A DNA stretch of 47,184 bases from Planctomycetota bacterium (GTDB lineage Bacteria > Planctomycetota > GCA-002687715 > DRQF01): positions 1-47,184 of the forward strand of contig JAZGFI010000263.1 in assembly GCA_036479435.1 (NCBI GenBank), written 5' to 3'. Below, in pieces: positions 9,331 to 18,895 of the stretch. The stretch's first letter is position 1, and every line of letters starts with the position of its first letter. Both the position numbers and the translations under genes were made by a program. The notes beneath the pieces were generated by a model, which did not search any database, had not been told where the DNA came from, and worked only from the letters and a program-made list of their open reading frames with translations.

Positions 9331-11682
9331 CTATTCGATTTCGACGGTGATGGGTGCGAAGGGCTGCCAATAGTGGCGGCCTTTTTTTCCGATGCGAGCC
9401 GCGAATTGATAAGTCCGCCCGCCAAAGGGAATCGAGTAGAGGAAAGACTTGGGCCGTTTCCCGGATTCCTCGACGATCTGTTCGAAAGTTCCGAAGTCAT
9501 CCAGGTTGATGCTGAGGCTTGAGCTGAGGCGAGAGCGCTCAAGACCCAACATCAACTGACCCTTGCTGGTTTCCACCCACAAGAACACCGGAGAGTTCTT
9601 AGCCGCCGAGTGGCTAAGCTCCGTCGACATGAAAGTCGCTCGGTTTCCGGAGTAATTCTCCCAGCCCGATAGCGGCTGTTTGGGGTCGGTGATTCGGTGG
9701 CCGGAAAAAGCTCGGGTGAGCAGCCCAATGGCCTTGACTTCACATTGACTCGAACTAACCACGAACGAGTTGCGCGTCAGGGCTTTTGTAGCGACGTCGA
9801 TGACAATAGTCCCGTCCGATTCGATCTTTAGGCTCGCCGACATATCGATTTCGATGTTCGGGCCCACAGTCATCTTACCTTGAGGGTCCCAACTTCGGAC
9901 CACGGCTTCGTGTCTCGGTGTGATCACAAAGGGCTCGCCGTTCAAGGTTCCGCTGCGAGGTGCGGCTTCGTGGAGATCGCCCAAACCTTCAAAACGTATC
10001 TTGCGAAAATCGATGTGAGGCAGCGTTACGGTGGCACTCAGAACTCCAGCGGAATCGCTCGGGGAGATCGCTGTGCGCAACAGGATTTCTGAGGGCATGG
10101 AGCCGAAAGCAGTCAGTCTGCGTTGAATGGCATGCATCGACCCCAGCCTAATGCGCACCGCGAATTCCCAATCTCCCTCGGGAATGTCCTCGAACTTCCA
10201 TTCCAATTGCTTACCGCTTCGCTTCCGATAAGAAACCCAGGAGTCAACTCCCGGTCGTTCCCCCATTTGCACCAAACAGCCGTCGATATTCATGGATGTG
10301 TCGGCGGGAGCATTCTTGGCAATGACTCTCAGCAATCTTCGAGGGGATAGCTCCAACTCGTAGAACTCCGACGACAGCTCAACCAAGGCTGCTCTCTGAA
10401 CAGGAACTAGCGTCTTGCCCTGATAAAGATAGAGCCTCTTCGATTCCAGACCCTCAACCGCCAACAGTGATCGGCCCCGCGGTTGGAAAATGGTCCCCGA
10501 ATGCGAAGCAGACGACAGCGAGTAGTTCTCCTTGTTGACCGTGGAGTCTTCTTCCTTCAACTGGACGACAACCATGGGACGCTCCGGTCTTAGCTCATGG
10601 GTTCCCGCGCGGTTCTCAGGCTCAATGGCACTCCGAGGATCGGAGACCAGGCGCACGCGGTCAGACTTATCGGCCGAAGGCAACAACCAACACTCGATCA
10701 GCGATCCGTCTTTGCAGCCGACAACAAACTCGCCGTTTTCATCTGTCATGCCGTATCCATGGGCTCCAGATCCGCCACGACTCCACTCCGCAAAGACCTT
10801 GCGATGAGCCGATTCGCCATGCGGAATGCCCGTCAGCTTGAAGTGCCAAAGGCCTCCGAACAAGGCCCAGCGGACATGACGTCGCTCGCCCTGAACCAGA
10901 GGTTTGATCGAGAGAGACGGCCTTTCAAAAATGTAGTGGCCCGGTTTTGTTTTCGCCTGCGATTGAACCAGCCCAATCATGGCCCCTGGCCTTACCAGCA
11001 GTCCAAACGTAACGGGTTTTCCCAGACGACAAGTGACCCGTTTGTCGACGACCTTGTGCGATTCGCCATTGGACGTCGTGCGCGAAACCGCCCCTCCCGA
11101 CCTTGAGCTGGGTTGGCGCCAACTTTGGACGCAGTGGATCAAGAACCCGCCCGAGTAGTCGGCAGTCTCGAGTTCCACGGTGAGGTTGGGTTCCGGCGTC
11201 AGCCGAACCTCGACGATGCCCGGATCCGCCACTATGACCTCGGTGACCGAAACTTCGCGATCGACAAAACCCTCGGCCGAGATGCGAAGGCGAGCCCCAG
11301 TAAGAAGGGGAGCTGCGACCCTGGACTCAAAGTTGACGAACTGGCCCGAAAACGCTCCTTCGGCGACGACCCGGCCGTCATCATCGAGCGATTGAACTTG
11401 AAATTCCAAGATTCGAAAGATGTCGGGTCGAGTCGAACGAACCGCCAACCCGAGTTTTGAAGTCGGCGCCGCAGCGGAGCTTGGCTCGCTCGGGTCTACT
11501 TGCGGGAGAAAGCGAACATGGCGCCTCGCTTTTTCCGCTCCGGCTTCATCCCCGAGCGCCTCACCAAGCAACTCAACTTGGCTTGGTGATTCGCCGGGCC
11601 ACTCCGTGCCACAGAAAAACCCAAGGCCTGCCAATGCGACAAGGAGTCCAAGCATCAAGATCCAGCGCAACAAAGTCGGCAT
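9331..11682 (-). CDS. hypothetical membrane-anchored beta-rich protein
   Basis: 783-aa ORF filling the gap, N-terminal hydrophobic anchor; no recognisable family motif. Confidence 0.7.
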   Translation of the reverse strand: MPTLLRWILMLGLLVALAGLGFFCGTEWPGESPSQVELLGEALGDEAGAEKARRHVRFLPQVDPSEPSSAAAPTSKLGLAVRSTRPDIFRILEFQVQSLDDDGRVVAEGAFSGQFVNFESRVAAPLLTGARLRISAEGFVDREVSVTEVIVADPGIVEVRLTPEPNLTVELETADYSGGFLIHCVQSWRQPSSRSGGAVSRTTSNGESHKVVDKRVTCRLGKPVTFGLLVRPGAMIGLVQSQAKTKPGHYIFERPSLSIKPLVQGERRHVRWALFGGLWHFKLTGIPHGESAHRKVFAEWSRGGSGAHGYGMTDENGEFVVGCKDGSLIECWLLPSADKSDRVRLVSDPRSAIEPENRAGTHELRPERPMVVVQLKEEDSTVNKENYSLSSASHSGTIFQPRGRSLLAVEGLESKRLYLYQGKTLVPVQRAALVELSSEFYELELSPRRLLRVIAKNAPADTSMNIDGCLVQMGERPGVDSWVSYRKRSGKQLEWKFEDIPEGDWEFAVRIRLGSMHAIQRRLTAFGSMPSEILLRTAISPSDSAGVLSATVTLPHIDFRKIRFEGLGDLHEAAPRSGTLNGEPFVITPRHEAVVRSWDPQGKMTVGPNIEIDMSASLKIESDGTIVIDVATKALTRNSFVVSSSQCEVKAIGLLTRAFSGHRITDPKQPLSGWENYSGNRATFMSTELSHSAAKNSPVFLWVETSKGQLMLGLERSRLSSSLSINLDDFGTFEQIVEESGKRPKSFLYSIPFGGRTYQFAARIGKKGRHYWQPFAPITVEIE

Positions 11683-11849
11683 GGCGATTCCAAAAGGTGG
11701 TGATTCGAGGCCCGTTCCGAGATTTCAAGCGTACCCCGGACCCGAGGCCCAATGCCACCGCGATTTCCCAAGGTCAGAAAAGAGTTGGAGACAAGCGAGA
11801 AGAGAGACAAAGGCGCCGTTATACTCCGGCCCCTGAGGAGGAATTAGCG

Positions 11850-12581
11850 TTGCCCTACGTCTCTTGCATCATCTACGACCTTGACGGCACTTTGGCTGAC
11901 ACCGCACCGGACATCACTGCCGCCATCAACCGCTTGAGAAGCAGTTTCGGCCTCTCCGCGCTTGAAGAGGACCATGTGCGTCGTTTCATCGGCGATGGTC
12001 CCGAGGGGCTGCTGCTACGGGCCATCCATGGCCGCGTCGACGATCCCATCTGGAAGCCCGAAGACATCCTTCCGCGCAGCGCCATCGACATGGACGAACT
12101 CATGGCGCAGTTCCGCGGCATCTACAACGAAGACCCCGTGGTCTCGACCAAGCTCAAAAAGGGCGTGGCGCCGATGCTCAAGCACTGGCAGGCCCTCGGA
12201 ACCGCCCAGATCCTGCTCACCAACAAGCCCCACGACATCACCGAAAAAGTCCTGCAAGCGCTCTACCTCGACCGCATCTTCGACATCGTGATCGGCCGCG
12301 GCGCCACCAGCCACGACGGCCAAGTGCTCCCCCACAAGCCCGACGGCGCCATCATCGACTGGATCTTGGAAGAAATGGGCTCCGAGCGCGAAGAGACCTA
12401 CATGATCGGTGACGGCGTCGCCGACATCGAAGTCGCCATCAACGGCAAGATCCCCTGCATCGCCGTCCTGGACGGCTACACCGACGCCGAAACTCTCCTC
12501 GCCAAACTTCCCAACCTCGAACTCGCCGCCACCTCCATCGAGCACGCCCACCAACTCCTCTTGGAACGTCACGACGACTAG
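11850..12581 (+). CDS. HAD-family hydrolase, phosphoglycolate phosphatase-like
   Basis: IIYDLDGTLADT, LLTNKP, HKPDG, MIGDGVADI motifs; TTG at 11850 after GAGGAGG. Confidence 0.88.
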   Translation: MPYVSCIIYDLDGTLADTAPDITAAINRLRSSFGLSALEEDHVRRFIGDGPEGLLLRAIHGRVDDPIWKPEDILPRSAIDMDELMAQFRGIYNEDPVVSTKLKKGVAPMLKHWQALGTAQILLTNKPHDITEKVLQALYLDRIFDIVIGRGATSHDGQVLPHKPDGAIIDWILEEMGSEREETYMIGDGVADIEVAINGKIPCIAVLDGYTDAETLLAKLPNLELAATSIEHAHQLLLERHDD

Positions 12582-12657
12582 CTCCCTTCGCGAAACCTTG
12601 CCCGAACTAATCGTACAACTGTGTTCACATCGCAACGGACAGGCACGATCTGCGGTT

Positions 12658-12740
12658 CTGTAACAATCTTGTCGAACGTGGTTCATGGGCCGCTCCGCGG
12701 CTGGCGTAGCTAAGCGGCCCATGCACTTCACAAGACTTGA
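12658..12740 (+). other. long imperfect hairpin with attC-like left end
   Basis: TAAC-aatct-TGTCGAAC ... CATGGGCCGCT/AGCGGCCCATG ... TTCACA; correct terminal GTT is missing. Confidence 0.35.
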
Positions 12741-12825
12741 AGAACGAGAGGCGAGTTAGCCAAGAAAACTCCGCATCTTCTGTGAGTAGGTTGATCTTGG
12801 ACACCAACTACGCCATCGTCTTGAC

Positions 12826-14286
12826 ATGACTGATCTCGACAAGATCAAAGAACTCATTGCCAAAGGCGAATCGGAAGCCCTCGAGTTCAAAAAATCGACG
12901 GGCTCAGCCAAGGAAGCTTTCAAGACGCTCTGTGCTTTCCTCAACGGAAAAGGTGGAACGGTCTTATTCGGTGTCTTGAACGACGGCGAGATCGTCGGCC
13001 AAGAAATCTCAGACAGTACTCACAAAAAGATCGCTAGTCTTTGTCGCTCCCTCGACCCCTCAGTTGATGTCGATCAACTTGAGGTCGATTGCAAAGGCAA
13101 TTCGAAGGTTCTCAAGCTCACCGTGACACCGCCACGCGAAACTTCGATGTTCTTGTTCGATGGGCGGGCTTATCGCCGTATCTCAACCACAACCTCAGAA
13201 ATGTCGGCCGCCGAAATCGAACGCCGGGTCTCTACGCGACCGAATTTCGTGCGGGCTTGGGAAGGGCGCGCTGCGATTGGATTCAACCTCGATCACCTCA
13301 ACATCGACCACATTCAGCGTATGGTCAGCCACGGAGATGAAGCTCAGCGAGTTCCGACCCTTCGAGCCAATGACCCCAAGAGAACTCTCGAATCGTTGGA
13401 TCTCCTTACTGATGATCGAGAGATCACAAACGCTGCCGTCGTCCTATTTGGTAGACAGGGAATCGAGTGCAAAAGGCTGCCCCAGTGCACGATGAAATTG
13501 GCTCGATTTCGCGGGATCGATAAATCTTCCTTTGAGGACCTCACGACTCGCGAAGGTGGTGCTTTTTTCCTTTTGAATGAAGCTGAGAGTTTCATTCGCC
13601 GTTACCTACCGGTTTCCGCGAAGCTAGTGGAAGGAGACTTTCGGCGTCAAGAAACGCCGCTAATCCCTTGGGACGCTCTTCGCGAAGCGCTCATTAACGC
13701 TTTGATTCACAAAAACTACGCCGACCCTGACGGGTCCATCGACGTTGCCATCTATGATGATCGGCTTGAGATTCGCAATCTTGGAGGCCTCCCGGAAGGC
13801 GTGAAGGTCGAAGAGCTTTCCGGGCAGCACGATTCAGTGCGGCGAAACCGGCTTATCGCACAGATTTTCTTCAGGGCTGGTCTCATCGAAATGTGGGGAA
13901 GTGGAACCGCGAAGATTGCGAGGCTGTGCCAAGCAGCTGCCAACGTTGAGGTCGGCTTTCAGAACCGAGAGACTCACTTTGGCATTGTCTTCAGAGCCCC
14001 GTTCGTTTCCCGCGAGGTTCGTGGATCTGTTGACGCTGCGGAGAAGGCCTTACCTCCGACGGATGAGGGCCTTTCGGCACAGGAATACTCGGTACTCGTA
14101 CTCTTCCGCGGTGCCCACTCAGGCCTTTCCCGCTCAGAAATCGTGGATGGGCTGGAAAAATCAGGTTCGACAGTAGCGCGGACGTCCCTGACCAGAATCC
14201 TCGATAAACTGCTTTCAAATGGTTACTTAGAGAAATCTGGGCAGTCGGTAGCTACCCGATACGTGATGAAAAACGATCAAAACTGA
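12826..14286 (+). CDS. AlbA_2 (Schlafen-like) domain + RecG C-terminal HATPase_c_4-like domain + winged HTH protein
   Basis: GESEALEFKKS, CAFLNGKGGTVLFGV, ALREALINALIHKNY, DRLEIRNLGGLP, RNRLIAQIF, IEMWGSG, C-terminal wHTH ending GQSVATRY. Confidence 0.88.
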   Translation: MTDLDKIKELIAKGESEALEFKKSTGSAKEAFKTLCAFLNGKGGTVLFGVLNDGEIVGQEISDSTHKKIASLCRSLDPSVDVDQLEVDCKGNSKVLKLTVTPPRETSMFLFDGRAYRRISTTTSEMSAAEIERRVSTRPNFVRAWEGRAAIGFNLDHLNIDHIQRMVSHGDEAQRVPTLRANDPKRTLESLDLLTDDREITNAAVVLFGRQGIECKRLPQCTMKLARFRGIDKSSFEDLTTREGGAFFLLNEAESFIRRYLPVSAKLVEGDFRRQETPLIPWDALREALINALIHKNYADPDGSIDVAIYDDRLEIRNLGGLPEGVKVEELSGQHDSVRRNRLIAQIFFRAGLIEMWGSGTAKIARLCQAAANVEVGFQNRETHFGIVFRAPFVSREVRGSVDAAEKALPPTDEGLSAQEYSVLVLFRGAHSGLSRSEIVDGLEKSGSTVARTSLTRILDKLLSNGYLEKSGQSVATRYVMKNDQN

Positions 14287-14332
14287 GCCGCTTTGGGCCG
14301 CTTTGGGCCGCTTTGGGCCGCTTTGGGCCGCT
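14287..14332. repeat. decamer tandem repeat (GCCGCTTTGG x4 plus partial copy)
   Basis: Begins at the base immediately after the TGA stop of the AlbA-domain gene. Confidence 0.95.
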
Positions 14333-14820
14333 GGACTTTACACGAGCAAGCGCGTCTCGCAGTTCGGCGAGGCTGAGTCTACGTTGGCGTTTTCAAACCT
14401 GAAGAAATGTCGCCCAAATCGGGCGACATCGCTGAAGAAGCATTGGGTGCCAGTCAATAAATTTTGCTGAATCCATCACAAACCAATCGTCGTTGAAAAT
14501 CTGACTGACGACGACTACGGCCGTCTTGAAAAGGCTCGATTTCATGGCATGGCGTGTCGCTTCTATCCAAGCAGCGCCAAAGGCCTAGGTCCTACTGCCA
14601 TCACCTGTTCAGCGACAATCACCACTTCGGACGTGCCGCAGGGCTAGGATAAGTCGCTGAAAACGGCCTCGAAATGAGGGTTACGGAAGGTTTGCCTCCG
14701 TCACTTTTTTTTCGATGCGGATTCGCTGCACTTTCAACCAGACATGACGAATACAGATCGCAGATTCTCCCAGCGTGCGACCCTCGTTCATTGAAGAGGA
14801 GGAAAAGTTAACCTTGAACC

Positions 14821-15462
14821 ATGAATTTCGATCCCCACGACAAACTCGCCATGGCCTTGGTGCTCTTGCCTGACCGCGTAGCCGAAGCTCATATCCTCGC
14901 CTTCAATCGCGCACTTTTGGCCCAAACCTCAGATGGACCCGAAATCGAATTGGGACCAGGACCCCATGAAGCTCGCGCTCACCTAACCCTGGCTATGGGA
15001 ATGTGCGTTGCGGAGGACCTCGAAGACCTCAAGGCCCAACTCGCAACTCTCGCGGCCGCAACCCCGGTGCTCACTCTTCATCGGCCTCGAGTCGAGAATC
15101 GTCCTAGCCAAGATACTCGCGGCGTCTGTTGGCTGGCTTTCGACCCCGACAATTCTGTTCTTAAGCTCCACGAGCGCGCCCTTGAGTTATTAGCGCCAAA
15201 TGCTGGAAGACTGCCCCAAGACACCAAGTTCTTCGCCGATGATGTCGTCCAAGCTGGCGCTCGAAACTACTTGGCGTCTTTCGGCCGAATCTCCGCCGCA
15301 GAGCGTTTCAGCCCTCACATCACCTTGGGATACGGAGAGCTTCGAGGGGCCACAGCAGCGCTGAGTATCACTTTCGGCCAACTCGCTTTGGCTTGGGTTG
15401 GACCCAACTGCACGATGTCATCAGTTATTTCGATGACTTCCCTGGCCAGCAGGTCGCCCTGA
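14821..15462 (+). CDS. 2H phosphoesterase (2'-5' RNA ligase/LigT-like) family protein
   Basis: Two HxT motifs: AHLTLA and PHITLG; 213 aa. Confidence 0.8.
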   Translation: MNFDPHDKLAMALVLLPDRVAEAHILAFNRALLAQTSDGPEIELGPGPHEARAHLTLAMGMCVAEDLEDLKAQLATLAAATPVLTLHRPRVENRPSQDTRGVCWLAFDPDNSVLKLHERALELLAPNAGRLPQDTKFFADDVVQAGARNYLASFGRISAAERFSPHITLGYGELRGATAALSITFGQLALAWVGPNCTMSSVISMTSLASRSP

Positions 15463-15621
15463 TCTTTTTCATTCCAAATCCGGATTTTTCGGCACATTTC
15501 GCAAAACCCGGACATTGCCTGATCGGGGATGCGGACGGAGACCGTTTCTGGCGTCAAGATCGCGCAGCGTCACATCACCCTTGACACATGAGTAGAATTG
15601 ATAGCCGAGGGAGACAGGCAG

Positions 15622-16242
15622 ATGTGCGAACACAAAAAATGCGGACTACCGGCGCCAACAACCGTCATCGTGGCGAACGCCGTAGCTGGTGACATGGACG
15701 CCATTGGCTTGCTGTCGTTGCACTTCAACCCACTCCTCAAAGCACAAGCAGAACGCTATCTGAGAACAGGGCCTCCCGGTCTCTGCGACCCTGAAGATCT
15801 CATCCAGTACGTGTGGCAGATCGTGTTGTCGAAAGTTCAGAGCTGGGAAGATGAGGCGGCGCGCCGGACTCCGGCATTTGTCAGCTTTTTGACCAGAACT
15901 CTTCGATTCGGATATCAGTCTCAGTTGGGACGTTGGCGAAGCGGCGCCGGAAAAGGTGCTGGCACCCCACTGCCATCCAACATCGAAGCTGCGAACCCAA
16001 GCCCCTCAAGTCCGGCGAGACGATTGGAAAAAGTAGGCAGTCTCGTCGAGGCCATAGAGAGCCTGACGGTAGAAGAAAGCACACTCTTTGTAGATCGTGG
16101 GCTCGATCGCGTTCCATTTTCAGTCATCGCGGCCACCAACGGAGTCACTGCGAATGCCCTTCGAAAACAATACCAGCGGATACTCGAAAGACTCCGTGAC
16201 TTTCTCCCGCCGGACTTGATAGATGACTTCGAACAATCCTGA
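15622..16242 (+). CDS. ECF-type sigma-70 factor
   Basis: AVAGDMDAIGLL, DPEDLIQYVW (region 2), PSPSSPARRLE, FSVIAATNGVTANALRKQYQRILERLR (region 4); overlaps kinase start. Confidence 0.8.
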   Translation: MCEHKKCGLPAPTTVIVANAVAGDMDAIGLLSLHFNPLLKAQAERYLRTGPPGLCDPEDLIQYVWQIVLSKVQSWEDEAARRTPAFVSFLTRTLRFGYQSQLGRWRSGAGKGAGTPLPSNIEAANPSPSSPARRLEKVGSLVEAIESLTVEESTLFVDRGLDRVPFSVIAATNGVTANALRKQYQRILERLRDFLPPDLIDDFEQS

Positions 16243-18700
16243 AGAATTTGCCGATGATACGGTACCGCCCTACGTCCCCGCTCTGCTTGGAGAGTTCAAG
16301 CCACTTCGATGTGTTCATCAACACGCGAGTGGTCAAGGCACGGTCTTGCTCGCAAGGAACACCCTTGACCAAGAGCTTGTTGCCATCAAGGTCCTGAAGT
16401 CTGACCTTAGCACTGCCTCCAGTTCCCTGGCGCGTTTTCGCCGGGAAGTTGAAGTCCTCGAAAAACTAGATCACCCCGGGATCTGCAAGTTCCTTACGAG
16501 TGACTTGAACGCTATCGCGCCCTACTTCGTCATGGAGTACATCACTGGTGACCCACTCACCAGCCGGACCGGAGCCACTTCTCATGAGTCGGATGCCGCC
16601 CTCTTGGCATCCATCACCCGCATGGAGAAAGTCACTCGTGCTCTTGAGTACCTGCACAAAAACGACATTGTCCACCGGGATATTAAGCCAGCGAATATTG
16701 TCGTCCGTGAAGATGGCGAGCCAATCCTTGTCGATTTCGGGTTAGCCAGCGACGAACAGGCGATGGCCCTGACAATGACCGGCGCCGTCATGGGCACGCG
16801 ACCCTACATGTCTCCCGAGCAAACGCGCGGCAGCGGCATCAATCATCGGACGGACATCTACTCAGTCGGCGCGACCCTCTACGAACTCGTAACCGGGGAA
16901 ACCCCCTTCGGCCGCTACCTCTCCAACCAGTCCATCGTTGAGGCAATTTGCCATGACGCCGTTCCGCGCAAGAAACTCGAGGATTCGACCTGCCCGCACG
17001 ACCTCATCACGGTCATTGAACGGGCTATGGAAAAAGACCCTTCCCAACGCTACCAGAGCGCTGCCGAACTCGCAGATGACCTCGGAAGAATCGTCGCCAA
17101 GAGCAAAGTTCGAGCGCGACCCATCCACCCTTTGCGGCGGGCCCGCCGCTGGATCTCGCGTCATCCTCGCACCCTAATCGTCTCAGGCTGCCTACTCCTG
17201 ATCTCAGCGACGGGAGGTGCGGTTTTTGGGATCTTTCGTCAGGACATTGAGCTTGCGAAGTCTGTGGAGAGGCAGCGATCGATTGACGATCACCTTGCCG
17301 ACCTTGCTCAAGAGATCATGTTGAATCGAATTGAGGAGGTTCCGGCCCATGCGAGGCGCATTCTCGCCTTAGACTCTCAGCATCTCGAAGCGACGGTACA
17401 TCTCGCCATCGCCTATCACCGGATGGGAAACAACAGCGAAGCACTTCAAGCGCTTCGCACGATCGACCGATCACATGATCGTCCAGAGCTCCAACTGGTT
17501 TGGTCGGCTTTGGAAGGCGAAACTGTAACGACTGACTGTCTCTCATCCTCCCAAGACTCCGCGTTAGTGAGCTACTTTCACGGCAACCTTGCGCTCACGA
17601 AGAACGACTACGAGTCAGCCTTGAAGCAATTTCAGTCCGCTACCCAGCTCTCGCCGCAGGCACGCCGCCACTACTGGTACGCACGCGCCTATGCTGCCGC
17701 CAAAGCCAAAGATGAGACGGCCTGCCGGGCAACCGCTCGTTACATGACAGGCTTGTGGCCCCAAACCGCAGGGATCCAATGGTGCGCGGCCTTCGCTCTT
17801 TCGGGCTGGGATCGCGACGCGGCCATCCGTCACTACCGATTGGCCTTGGGGATCGAGCGCCATAGCCACACTCTTCACAATTTGGCGGTGATGATCTCCC
17901 TAAGCGAACCTGAGGAAGCCGCATCTCTGTACCAAGAGGCGATCGCGCACAACCCGAGTGCAATGAAATCCCAAGCAGGCCTCGCTCGTACCTTGCTCAA
18001 GCTACAACGTCGAGATGAGGCTATTCGCGTCCTGCGCGAAGCGGAATCCCAGGGATTCAACCAAGAGATACAGGCCCTTTTGGGCGTTGCCTTGGTCGCA
18101 AAGGGCGAACGCAAGGCGGGGTTCGAAGCCATCAAAAGAGGAACCGATGCGGGAACAACTTGGTCTAACCCCTACTTCATGCTGGCAAGAAAACAGATAG
18201 ACGAGCGCTCGCCAGGACTCGCGCTCGACACCTTGCGAAACGCCTTCAAATCTATCAGCCCACGGACACCTGCCGACACCAGAGTCCTCGCGCTCATGTT
18301 CGCCGAACTGGGGAAAGTGGAAGAGGGTATCCAGCTCATGTTGAGTCTCGGCGAGCAGCATGCAAAAAACGAGCACGACTTTTACGCATTGACGACACTG
18401 TATGTAGAAAGCCAGCAGGGAGAAAAAGCGCTGGAGAGCGTCAAGAGCTTGCTGGATCTAAACCCCGACCATCTCGCCGGCATTGGCTACCAGGCCCTGC
18501 TGATGGCTCAGTACCGCAAGCCCAAAGAGGCGCTTCCTTTTCTTGAGGTGGCGGTCGAAAAAGACCCCAAGAACTTCAATCTCTTGATGACTCTGAGTTT
18601 TGCCTACATGGCTACGGCCCAATTTTCCAAAGCGGGCGAACTTCGGCGACGCGCCAAGGCACTGAAGCCGACTCGCTCTAAATCAAATCAGAGCCGTTAG
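16223..18700 (+). CDS. Hanks-type Ser/Thr protein kinase with TM segment and TPR repeats
   Basis: VAIK, RFRRE, HRDIKPAN, DFG, GTRPYMSPE, DIYSVG; hydrophobic span LIVSGCLLLISATGGAVFGIF; TPR-like helical repeats. Confidence 0.93.
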   Translation: MTSNNPEEFADDTVPPYVPALLGEFKPLRCVHQHASGQGTVLLARNTLDQELVAIKVLKSDLSTASSSLARFRREVEVLEKLDHPGICKFLTSDLNAIAPYFVMEYITGDPLTSRTGATSHESDAALLASITRMEKVTRALEYLHKNDIVHRDIKPANIVVREDGEPILVDFGLASDEQAMALTMTGAVMGTRPYMSPEQTRGSGINHRTDIYSVGATLYELVTGETPFGRYLSNQSIVEAICHDAVPRKKLEDSTCPHDLITVIERAMEKDPSQRYQSAAELADDLGRIVAKSKVRARPIHPLRRARRWISRHPRTLIVSGCLLLISATGGAVFGIFRQDIELAKSVERQRSIDDHLADLAQEIMLNRIEEVPAHARRILALDSQHLEATVHLAIAYHRMGNNSEALQALRTIDRSHDRPELQLVWSALEGETVTTDCLSSSQDSALVSYFHGNLALTKNDYESALKQFQSATQLSPQARRHYWYARAYAAAKAKDETACRATARYMTGLWPQTAGIQWCAAFALSGWDRDAAIRHYRLALGIERHSHTLHNLAVMISLSEPEEAASLYQEAIAHNPSAMKSQAGLARTLLKLQRRDEAIRVLREAESQGFNQEIQALLGVALVAKGERKAGFEAIKRGTDAGTTWSNPYFMLARKQIDERSPGLALDTLRNAFKSISPRTPADTRVLALMFAELGKVEEGIQLMLSLGEQHAKNEHDFYALTTLYVESQQGEKALESVKSLLDLNPDHLAGIGYQALLMAQYRKPKEALPFLEVAVEKDPKNFNLLMTLSFAYMATAQFSKAGELRRRAKALKPTRSKSNQSR

Positions 18701-18895
18701 CGCCATCCTGATTCCGCTCCCGCCGAATGTTCTCAAGAATTCTCGTCACATCTGACTTCCGCATCACAGTGTTCTGGGCCAAGTGTCGCTCGCGACGAGC
18801 GGACCTTGCTTGGCACCAAGCTGAAACCCTGCCGGATGAGCTGCGATCAATTCTCACGCCCACCCGCGTCATCAATCTTGAGAAAGAGTTACATC

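Noticed and set aside
11457..11849. 131-aa N-terminal extension of the HAD protein
   Set aside because: Overlaps the divergent gene; GAGGAGG precedes TTG 11850 just before motif I
12826..14286. Annotation as true RecG helicase
   Set aside because: No Walker A or DExH helicase motifs; only the AlbA_2 / HATPase_c_4-like / HTH architecture
14287..14332. Decamer repeat as a mini CRISPR
   Set aside because: No spacers, unit too short
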